Positions 54,201 to 64,000 of a stretch of 64,000 bases of DNA are shown here, in pieces. Every line of letters begins with the position of its first letter. Within the stretch, counting starts at the first letter, position 1. Location of the stretch: contig OZ059899.1 in NCBI GenBank assembly GCA_964057225.1, positions 8,122,001 through 8,186,000 on the forward strand, written 5' to 3'. The translations under genes were made by a program, and so were the position numbers. The DNA is from Auanema rhodensis. Taxonomy: Eukaryota > Animalia > Nematoda. The notes under the pieces were generated by a model that was not told the DNA's origin, did not search any database, and worked only from the letters and a program-made list of their open reading frames with translations.

Positions 54201-56129
54201 TCCACGTGTTTGTCCATCTCTTGAAACGTTTTGGGCCACTTCGTTCGTTAGTAGCCGACACTTAACTCAAAAGTCAAAGATAGACAGACTATCGACAGGA
54301 GCTGTTGCTTTCTCCGTTTTATCTGACTAACAGAAATATTTTTCGTATTCCTTTAATTCTCTTAAAGTTCTCATAGTCTTTAGAATAGCGAAGAAAAAAA
54401 TAATTTTCTAAGTACTCAAGTTTTACGAGGATACGATCCAAATCAGGGATGAAAACAAAAAAAAATTGGATAAATCGAATGCAACTACTTAGTTTGCTCA
54501 TATACAAATAATGAAATAATGGTTTTCCACAATCCGGTTACCTGAAAAGTACACATAAAGTAAAAAGTAGTATCATTATAATTTTTTAAATTAATATTGT
54601 AGAAGATGAAAGAAGATATTTAAATAATTTTTATGTTTAATCCATGACCAACACATACAAAAATGCATTTTTTTTGACAATTTTCATTCTTTTTTCTTTT
54701 CATTTTCTAATTATTGCATGGCTTTCTCATTAAAGAAAAACTAATAAAATTCTGTACATATCCTGGTAACTGAAGAAAAAAGAAAGAAAACATAAATCCT
54801 AATCTTTCATTTTCATTTTATTTTAAGATTTTTTTTTTATAAAATTATAGCTTATTTATTATAATTTTGATATGGTGTTCCATCAAATTCATGAGAAATG
54901 AACATTGAATAGACACGATATGCAATTCAAAGCACATTCGCCTATCGTTCCATCTATGTATGAAATCGTAATGTTCAAAAATTGGCTTTTGCATTTAGCT
55001 TAAGATCATATGCCCTGTGGTGTATGTTGTCGTTTGATATGCTGTAGAAATTCCTCATTTGACATAGCATAATTTCGAAATGAATAGCCGCAGAACTGAC
55101 CATCTGCTGTTCAGGATTAGAAGAGATGTCGTCTTTTGGTGCATCGTTTGATGTTATTCGTTTGTTCATGATACATTCTACTCTGATGATATATACAAAT
55201 TGACGAGAATATCGGGACTTATTCATACAACATCGAAGAAATGAACAGATAAATGACTTCTTTAGAAGTTCATATGCTATCTAGTCTTCAGATTTGACAG
55301 TTCCAAATGTATATAGATGAGAATTATTAGCTACAAAAGCTTTAATTAGAGTTCTGTATGATTGTTCTTCGCTATCTTCTGTTCTTTTTCACTAGGACCA
55401 TCACAATTTCGATGAGTAGATCTAGAAGTTTTCTCCGATTTCGCAAGTGTTTTCATGTATCCTGACAGAGAAAAGAAAAGAAAGGATTGAAGATGAAAAC
55501 CCTTGTAGAGCTATTTCTGTCACACCTTCTTCATCTGCAGCTTCTGCCTCTTCGTTCTTCCATTGTACTCGGTCGCGTGGAGCTGAGCTTAGCCATAGAA
55601 ACGTCTTGTCCACCTGGTTGCTTAGATGGTCATATAGGTGAGGAGAGATAGGATAACAAGGCGAAGTATGGAAAATAGAAAAATGCAGTGAGTGGGAGAA
55701 TAGCGAGTGCGAGAGAAAAGAAGAACAAGTTTGAGTGCTGCTCTGCGAAAAAGGGAGGAGGGAAAGAGACAAAACATTCTCTTTGCTCTCACCCGCTCTC
55801 CTTTGGTCTCGACTCACCCTAGAAGAGATTAAACTGACAGAGGCAGCAGAAGAAAGAAGACGAACGATAAGATACATCTACTCCGTCTTAATTTTCTTTT
55901 TATTCCGCATTTTTTCGCTGAAACTAATAAAAATTGCGAAATAAATAACTTCATCTTCTTACTTCGTGAAGTTCCAATCGTCGTAGCCATCATTATCTCA
56001 TATACTGATTATTACATACTATTCTCTAGATCAAATGACGATGTTAATGATGAAAAGGTTGTTCTGTCTTTTAATTTGCTTCGAGCATATCCATGCATTC
56101 CAAATATTCACAAAAAAAAAATCTAACCA

Positions 56130-56139
56130 CCATATATGG
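56130..56139. promoter_or_regulatory. Perfect CArG box (CCATATATGG), candidate SRF/UNC-120 site upstream of sup-12
   Basis: Matches CC(A/T)6GG exactly and lies about 145 nt upstream of the sup-12 ATG. SUP-12 is a muscle-specific factor and UNC-120/SRF is a nematode muscle transcription factor. Confidence 0.45.
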
Positions 56140-56284
56140 ATGTTTAAAATATAATTTTTTCTGCTCATTCCTATAATAATATGAAAATTTCTACCACATA
56201 GTAAACAATTTCATCATAGAATATATAAGAATAACTTATTCACTATTGTATAATATTAATTTTCTTTTTTTTTCTTTCAGTAAA

Positions 56285-59276
56285 ATGCTTCCTTCATCAG
56301 TTTATGGCCAATTGGGTGATCCTATAGTCCAAGCCCTAGTTCAATCAGCTGCAGGTACTGATTCTGGAATAGGTTAGTTACATTTCGATAGTTGTCTCAA
56401 AAACTTTCTCTTCAATATATTCGTTTAATCTGACTTCATTTGGCTAATAATATCTGAAACCTTGCTAAATCAACGAAGATAATAAACATCTAATCAAAAT
56501 GTTTGCTATTTACCGTATTTCTAATTCTAATTTGATTTTTTCGTGATTTTTTGTGATATGGTGTAACAAGTCTATCGAATGGCAGAGCCTATTCAAACTG
56601 CTTCATACTTCTACTGCTTCTCATTTTTCTGATTTTTTTCTATTCTTTAGGCTCTCGTGATACTATGTTCACAAAAATATTTGTTGGTGGTTTGCCGTAT
56701 CATACTAGTGACAAAACTCTGCATGAGTACTTTGAGCAGTTCGGAGATATCGAAGAAGCCGTCGTTATAACAGATCGTCAAACTCAAAAAAGTCGTGGAT
56801 ATGGATTTGTGAGTGCTTGATTTCAATTTTCATCTCATTCTGCTGTTTGCTTTTTTCCCAATTCTAAAAAATATATTATTTGATTTAATAATTATAATTA
56901 TAACAATAATATTGTAATTCTCATAGTTACCTTGTCTGCAAGACAGTTTTCTGAGAGAAAAATAATGATAAAAATATATTAAAATAGATTTTTGTTGGAA
57001 TATGAAACAATTTATCTTTAATATTCAAAAAATGTTTCGCATTGACTATAATATTTCTAACTTTTTTTTCTCGAAGAAAATCATCCTGTTTTTTTGCCGT
57101 AATCCACAACTTTTTTTTAAATCAGCATTTTTGAATGTTTTTGTTTGTGAGAGCGCAAAATACTCTGAAAAATCTCTAGTCTTCTATGTATTTTTCATCT
57201 TCAATGGATTATACACAAAATTTATTTATATCAAATCGAATATTTTGAATTAATATTCAAAATATTAAAAGTTTACTTCACAAAATCAATAATTAACAGA
57301 TGAAAATAATTTTTATTCAAATTTTATTTAAATCTTACTCATCTTTATTGATAGAAGAAATTATTTTTATAATAATTTTTTTTTAGGTTACTATGAAAGA
57401 TCGTGCTGCAGCTGAACGTGCATGCAAGGATCCAAATCCTATTATTGATGGAAGAAAAGCTAATGTAAATTTAGCATATCTGGGAGCTAAGCCAAGGAAT
57501 AATGTTCAACTAGCAGGTAAATATCATTACTGTGATGAGTAAGCTTCTACGTTTGGTGTTCTTTCAGCACTCGGAGCTGCTGCAGGAGCTGTGCAACTGC
57601 CACTTCAGACACAGCTTCAAGCTTTATTTCCTGCACGTGTTGGGTACGTTTTCAATTTCAAGTTTTGGGTCGTTGAAGTAATTAATGAGCAATTTCATGC
57701 AAATATTGCTGGAGCAAGAATTTATTTTTGATATACAATATGATGAAAATATTAAAAATGAATGCTGATAGTTTCGAGAGAAGTCTCGTTTTAGACAATT
57801 GTTGGAAGGATATAGTTAAGCAGAATCTTCTCATACTTCTTCCAATTGATTCTCCCAATTTCTCTCTCTATCTCTCTATATAAGGAAAAGGTGACAATCT
57901 AAGCTCTGCGTGTGTTTGCTCTTTGTTTTGCCCGCAGACTGATCTGGTAACATACTCCAGAAGTAGATTTTGCCGTTTTTTCTATTACAAAAAGTATAAT
58001 AAAAGCTGTGCTCTGCTGTGAGAGAGTGCTCTTGCCGTGTATTTTAATCTATAAAGTTGACTTCTCCACTCCTGTTCCCGCATTTTCTTCCTTTACCCTC
58101 CAACAACAAAAATAAAACAAATGGTTTAATCCAGCTTCTACTACTCTATTCTACTATTTCAACTGAAATATCTTCTTTTTACCTTTTTTTTTCAAATTCA
58201 CATTTTCTATTTTATTCGTTACTTTTTTTCCTTTCTTCTAAATATTTACCTCTTTTCACCATTTTTCTCCAAAATACAATGAACTTTTTGTTATTATTCG
58301 AAAATGGAAAACATTATGATTTGTTTAAAAAATGGTGACTAACATGTATCTTTGTTAATTTCTTTTCAAACTTGAAAAGCTTGAGCATGAAATCTTTCCA
58401 AACTATCTATCTTTCCCTCACTCTCTTTCCTTACGTTTATGACTTCTATTTCTATCGCATTTTTCCTAAATTCCCCTATTTAATATTATAATTAGTCATA
58501 TTCAGTTTCACACATTTACTTCTGAAAATCTAGCGAGATATAGTTTAGTTCAAAAAATGTTTTTGTTTCAAAAACTGTAGAAATTATTATCTGCTAGTCT
58601 GCCGTGTCGATTGACAAGCTAAATTCCACACATTTTCATCCATAATCGAACTTTTAAAATTAATTTTGTTTCACATACGTTCCGAAAAAAAAGTTGATTA
58701 GAGAAAATTGAATGAACATGTGTAGAATATCGGATGGCGTATCTGTAACTGCTGCACGATCTGGTTGCACGTTTCGCACGTGCTTTGTACGCCGTGCCAG
58801 ATAGATTTGCAAATCCTTTCTTAAGCTTGAGATGTGATGTAATAGACAACAAAGCCTATGCTCTAATGAAATACTTATTATGTTTACTTCTTATTAACCT
58901 TCTTCTTTGCAGACTTCCACAGCTTTACTATCCCAGTGCCGCAGCGGCTGCTGCCGGACTTGTTAATCCACTCCTCGGATCTCCAGCTGCCGCCGCGGCA
59001 GCTCAGCAACAGCTCATCGACTACAATGTATTAGCTCAGGCTGTTGCTAATCAGCAGGGTCAAGCTGCTTATGCAATTTCTCCACAAGGTTTGTTTTAGT
59101 TTTAACAATCAATTCTTATCTGAATATATGCATTTGCAGTCTCACATGCTGGTCTTGAGCAATATGGGTATACAACAGCAACCAGTGGATACGGTTTGCT
59201 TCCTGGAGCATTTCCACTTCAGCAAGCTCAATTAGCAGCTGCTCAACAAGTGCAACTTGAACATCAACGAGTTTGA
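56285..59276 (+). CDS. sup-12: SUP-12 (RBM24/RBM38 orthologue), muscle-specific single-RRM splicing regulator, 254 aa, 6 exons
   Basis: Exons 56285-56372, 56651-56808, 57387-57516, 57568-57643, 58913-59088 and 59140-59276 (765 nt). The RRM reads [90 protein letters not shown], near-identical to C. elegans SUP-12 as I recall it. An A/Q-rich C-terminus ends EHQRV*, and a strong TTTCAG acceptor lies 4 nt before the ATG. Confidence 0.95.
57938..57946 (+). other. Candidate 9-nt poison microexon in sup-12 intron 4
   Basis: The sequence is CTTTGTTTTGCCCGCAG|ACTGATCTG|GTAACA. Inclusion gives GG|A CTG ATC TG|A, a junction-spanning stop codon. Confidence 0.55.
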
Positions 59277-59867
59277 GTTTAATATAGAAAAGGAAAACTC
59301 ACGAGTTGAGCCACACATACATCTGAAGCCTTACATTCTATTCTTTCTGAAATATCTATATATACGTATGAGCGAAACCAGTTTCTTGAATATACATTAT
59401 ACATATGCACAGAGAGTTTCGAGCAACCATCTTAACCATTCATATATTTTGTATTTTTTCTGTAATATCAGGCTTGTCTATGTTGAAAAGCGCCTGTCGT
59501 CGTTGCCTTCAAACTTTTGTCTTCATCATAGGATTCTGTCTCAACTATATATATGCATCTCTCTCTCAACCTCTCTCTCGTCCCCCTCTCTTCCTCCCTT
59601 GTCTTGCTATTATCTTACTCAATTTATACCAATTCAATATCTAGTCCTTACTATGAAAAAAACGTTTAAACTTTGTGTGGCCGTTATTAGCCATGTACCA
59701 TATATTTGAAATGGTTCATTAGCTAGTCGTTTCCCGTGTTGCCTCTTAATTGCCCCTTTCCCATCACAAGTGCCATCAAAAAAAGATAAAAGCACAAATA
59801 ATGCTCTCATGAATTATTTACTCCTAAAGTTATATTTCAATTTATACACAACTTGATTTATAATAAT

Positions 59868-59873
59868 AATAAA
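59868..59873 (+). terminator. Candidate polyadenylation signal (AATAAA) of sup-12
   Basis: First canonical AATAAA I found after the stop, about 590 nt downstream, followed by T-rich sequence. Confidence 0.5.
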
Positions 59874-60416
59874 ATAACAAAATTTATTGTTATTTTTCAT
59901 CTTTTCATGTAAATTGTTACCCAAAATACATTGGTGTCTAATAGCATTTCTTTTAAAAGCTTTGTATTTCAATTATTATTTCTTACTTTAAGGCGATTGA
60001 AATACAAAAAGTAAAAGTGTTGCTTGAGCTCAGCATAAAAAACTGGAAAATCACAACTCAACATCTCAATAGATTCTAGTAAATCTATGTAAAAAAAAAT
60101 TATTTCATTTTTTCTTATGATCATTGTCATTTTCAGAATTAAAATTGCTACTGTTATAATATTTTAATAAAATTTCAAGTACAATATTTGTATTTTTCTA
60201 AGATTATATAATATTAATAACAGAATAATAATAAGAAAAAATGTATTTATAATAATTCTAATTAATTAATGATATACCTAATCTTTAATTTGAAATAACA
60301 AAATTTAAAACAAATCATAATGAACGATATATATACAGATAAACAGAAATTATTAAATTCTGGATGTTCACACCACTTTGATTTTCATAACTTTCTACTT
60401 TTCTCCTAATCATTTT

Positions 60417-61915
60417 CTAATATTTACGACAACATCGTTGATTTGTACAACGTTGAAAACCATCTGGACAACTGCATACTGTCTTTCGGCATCCTGAGAT
60501 TACTTGCTCAATTGCTGTGTTAACGTTTTGTCCAATGTTCAGACGGATGACGCAGACCGGTGTACATGGCATAGTCGTTGTTGGGAAATACACTTGTTGG
60601 GTAGTGGGGAATGTTGGCGTTTGAGTTGTCTGAAATGGTTCAAACATTGAATTCTAAACATATGATTAGTTGCTAACCGTGTAAACTGGTGGATCACGAA
60701 GAATAGTGGGAGTGGTTTCGGTAGCACAGTTACAAACAGGCAAACATTGACATCCGGTTGTGGTTGTGTCGACCGTCGTAGTCGTTGTTGCTACAGTAGT
60801 TGTAGGTGCTTCGGTCGTAGTTGTAGTCGTTGTTGCTTCTGTTGTAGTTGTCGTGGCTTCGGTTGTTGTAGTAGTTAGTTCAGTAGTTGTTGTTGTGGGC
60901 TCTGGAGTTGTAGCTTCCGTAGTGGTTGTAGTCGTTGGTTCGGTCGTAGTCGTCGTTGAGGTGGTTGGAATAGTGGTCGTGGTCGTTGTAGGTTCTGGAG
61001 TTGTAGTTGTAGTTGTTGGAGCAACAGTCTCATCAGATGCTATATAATAGTAATAATAAATAATATTTTTCTTATATAAGAATTCAAAGTAATGTATGCA
61101 TACCTGGCTTTACATGCTCAATGCAGTGTCCAGCACAAGCTGGCATGCACGAAGGTTGACATCCATGAAAAGCCATGTAAGGATGAACATATTGGGGTGC
61201 ATAGTGAGCGGGAAATACAGCTGCTTGAGCATAATGCTGTACAGCCGGAACCTGGTACAGACGAACGCATGTAGGATTGCAAGCTGGCATGCATCCAGCA
61301 ACGCATCGTCCTACAACTGATGGAACTGCTGATGGATATGCAGCCGATGGCATCATATAACTACCAGCAGTTCCTGCGGCATTATACCCAAAATCCGATT
61401 GCATGTAAACTTGCTAAATGAAAATGATTAATATCCATAAGAAGAAAGGACTTTTAGCAAATTTGAAGCGACTTCAAAGTTTTTACTCGCTTGAACTAAA
61501 AAATTATTTTCTTAATCTTTGAAGCCTCAAATGGAACTTGTTCAACAAGAAGCTTTTGTGTTTTTCAAAAACTTTTTCGCAGCACACACCATGTTTGTTT
61601 GAAAAATGCATCAACTATCTCCTTCAACAAGCACGAACTTTTGCTATTCTACAGGAAGCTTATGTATATTCCGGAATATAGAAACTATTATTGAAACATT
61701 ATTATCTTAAATTTTCTCTCTCAATCATGTCATAATAACGTTTTAATAGAAAATATGGCTGAATACTATGGTTTCGACAATGGTCAATAAATACATCAAA
61801 CTAGCCAAGCACTCAATTCAAAGGACATTGAAATGCCCGTTTCTTGACCAGACAACTATCTTGCTTCCGTAGGTATTTTGTCCTAACTCTTTCCCTTACT
61901 TCTTCACATTCTATT

Positions 61916-61984
<69 letters not shown>

Positions 61985-62338
61985 CTTTTGATACCACATA
62001 GTCAATCAAGGAGGTCTGATATAAACAAATGTATTGTAGTCTTATTGAACTAATGTTTAAGCTTGAAACTAATTATTCAACCATCACATAGAAAACTTAT
62101 GAACGGAAATAAAACATTTCAAATCTTAATTTTGAAAAAACGTGATCGCTGCTGTTTTCTCAAGAATATAAAATCGCTAAAAATTTTTTTTAACTCAATA
62201 TTTTCAAATTTCTGCTTGTGATTTCAATTATTCAACATGAGTTTGAACCTTCTGGAAGTTTTAAAAAGTAATGAAAAGAAATAGAATTACCGCTAAAGTC
62301 ATGGGTAACATACACAACAAAAATGTTTTAGAAGCCAT
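60417..62338 (-). CDS. Secreted Cys-rich protein with a Thr-rich mucin-like spacer, ~310 aa, 4 coding exons
   Basis: Exons (minus) 62338-62291, 61413-61104, 61039-60678 and 60629-60417 are in frame (933 nt). The signal peptide is MASKTFLLCMLPMTLA. It carries repeats CVAGCMPACNPTC and CQPSCMPACAGHC, about 90 aa of PTTTTTE-type sequence, and a C-terminal CSCPDGFQRCTNQRCCRKY*. Confidence 0.85.
61920..61984. repeat. (CT)n followed by (CTTT)n microsatellite in the first coding intron of the mucin-like gene
   Basis: Perfect CT run followed by CTTT units. Confidence 0.9.
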
Positions 62339-62519
62339 CACGATACTAGATCGATGTTCAACACCTACATGTAATATAATAAATGTATTTAATATAGAAC
62401 CATATAACTATATGAGTATACTTAAGAAAATATAGAAAAATATAAACTAAGGCTAAAAATTCTACGTATGGCAACTGAGCATAGAACAAGAAATGTTTCA
62501 GTTGGCCTTCAGAAGGCTA

Positions 62520-62529
62520 CCTATATACC
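62520..62529 (-). promoter_or_regulatory. Candidate TATA box (GGTATATAGG on minus) for the mucin-like gene
   Basis: A TATATA within a GC-richer segment about 185 nt upstream of the ATG. A possible UTR intron lies between them (donor GTAGAA near 62465, acceptor near 62366). Confidence 0.35.
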
Positions 62530-64000
62530 GGAAGACGTTCGGTGTCTTTGTATGTGAGACCGGTCTTGAGCCATCATTGCTCGTAGGCGTCGATCGTTCT
62601 TCTTCTCCAGAACCTTAGTTCACAATAACGATGAAAAGAAACATCCACGACGACGATAGAAGCTGCGAAAGACAATTTCAAAACTGTAGAATGTTGCTCT
62701 TTCATTCATAGAATTTGGTCTAAAAAATAAAAGAAAAGACAAAACGGCAAAATCCGGCATAAAGAGCAATTTCTTGAATCGGCAATGATGATGAGCGAGA
62801 GATACTGTTTCAACCGGAGCGTCATTCTGTCTATTTGGATACTTTCACAAGAAGCATCAACAGAAGTACCTGAGGGCAAATTTCGCATTTTTTTCATCAA
62901 AGACGACAGCCGAGAACAGGCACACATAGCAAACGTGTTGCTCATCGACAAAAAAGAGGCATCGGCTCGCACTTTAAGCTGGGAGAAACAATTATTCATC
63001 AAGCATATTTCCGGTACAAAATAGTTCTGGCCTTTTTCTTGGACTAAAACTTGAATTTCTAAGGAAATAGAATCATACATCATCAAGCTTTTCAATTCGT
63101 CTCATTTTACATTCGAAGTTTGTGCATGGATCAGCTTGTCTATTACAGAATAACTTATTTGAATTGTCAAAAATAATCTATACCATTGCAATTCAAATAT
63201 TATTGTTAAAAACAATTTTCTTTTAAACAAAAGGATGTGAAAGATGAGGAAAAACTTGAATTTTAATTAAATTGGAGAAAGTTTTCTTTTTTCATGAAAA
63301 TTTATTGATCTATTTTTTTTCCTTTTTTTTAAAAAACATGTGTCTTTATCTGATTCTATTCTATACAATATGAAGTAAGCAAAAAATAATATAATTTATA
63401 TAAAAAAAGAATAAATTATTTATTTTAATTGTATTCAAATTTAAAAATGATATGAAATTTTTAAATAAAACTTAAAACCATTCAGTATTTATTGGGAAAG
63501 AAATAAAATAAAACAGGAACCATTTCACTCTTTTATTTTCCATTTCTTAATTTTTTTTTCAGAAGAGAAAATGAAACAAGTTAAACCAAACTCATTTAAG
63601 CGTAGACATCTCTTTTGTTCACGAAAACTCAGTACCTTCTGGTGTATCACGTTGTTGAGTCAGCTGCTCATCTTAATTCAAAGACCGATTCCAACATTTG
63701 ACCTTTCTTAACTCAGTTTTAGTGATAGATATGACAACTTATTCATATATTTCTGGCAAAATTTATATTTTGAAATATAAATTTATAATTTTTACTGCTC
63801 AAACTTCTCTGTTGTTTTGATGAGACTTCGAGAATTTCATTAACTTCCTTCCGTTTTATCAAAAAAATTTGTTTGTTTGTGTTTCAATGTAATTCTGTCT
63901 TCCTGATCTCCAATCATTTATCATTCAATTATCTTTCCAAAGCCCCTCTTACTTGCTTTATTCTATATAATATAGTAGTATATGAATTATATATTATATT

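Noticed and set aside
60654-60677. Apparent 24-nt intron implied by the ORF starting at 60647
   Set aside because: It is too short. The consensus acceptor CATTTCAG at 60630 gives a normal 48-nt intron in the same phase.
60760-61047. Poly-Val ORF on the + strand (MVVSTVVVVV...)
   Set aside because: It is the antisense shadow of the Thr-rich exon of the minus-strand mucin-like gene.
62706-63095. Overlapping 129-aa (-) and 79-aa (+) ORFs
   Set aside because: No recognisable motif or splice structure. The position upstream of the mucin-like gene promoter fits regulatory DNA better.
1-64000. CRISPR arrays, tRNA/rRNA/SL RNA genes, telomeric TTAGGC arrays, transposase or reverse-transcriptase ORFs
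   Set aside because: None recognised by eye: no regularly spaced repeats, no tRNA box pairs, no SL1 22-mer, only isolated TTAGGC hexamers and no long intronless ORF. Diverged small RNAs or short transposon relics could have been missed without a covariance or repeat search.

Overview
This is eukaryotic DNA, almost certainly from a nematode. It is very AT-rich, many introns are 44-60 nt with TTTCAG-type acceptors, and two proteins closely match C. elegans proteins as I recall them. I found no prokaryotic systems, CRISPR arrays, rRNA/tRNA genes or intact transposons, and most entries in the six-frame ORF track are low-complexity artefacts. Splicing exons by hand, with phase checked at every junction, gives seven protein-coding genes: (1) a type-II membrane protein with two Methyltransf_22/METTL24-like repeats (+, 2058-4493); (2) an orphan 315-aa protein with an N-terminal elongin BC-box-like motif (-, 5120-6667); (3) an RZ-family RGS gene, rgs-2-like (-, 9321-16118), with about 15 kb of upstream non-coding DNA; (4) a GT49 (B4GAT1/LARGE/bgnt-1-like) glycosyltransferase with a very acidic stem and a GC-AG intron (-, 32202-35471); (5) a secreted Cys-rich protein (-, 36606-38107); (6) sup-12 (RBM24/38), a muscle splicing factor (+, 56285-59276), preceded by about 16 kb of regulatory DNA; (7) a secreted Cys-rich, Thr-rich mucin-like protein (-, 60417-62338). 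The most interesting signal is the regulatory architecture of sup-12. Intron 4 holds a 9-nt candidate poison microexon whose stop codon forms only across the splice junction (TG|A), next to a SUP-12-type GUGUG site. It also holds a second stop-creating acceptor directly after three RBFOX-type GCACG motifs. A distal candidate first exon has its 5' splice site inside one of two mutually exclusive RNA structures. All gene models and regulatory claims come from reading the sequence by eye and need RNA-seq or homology confirmation.
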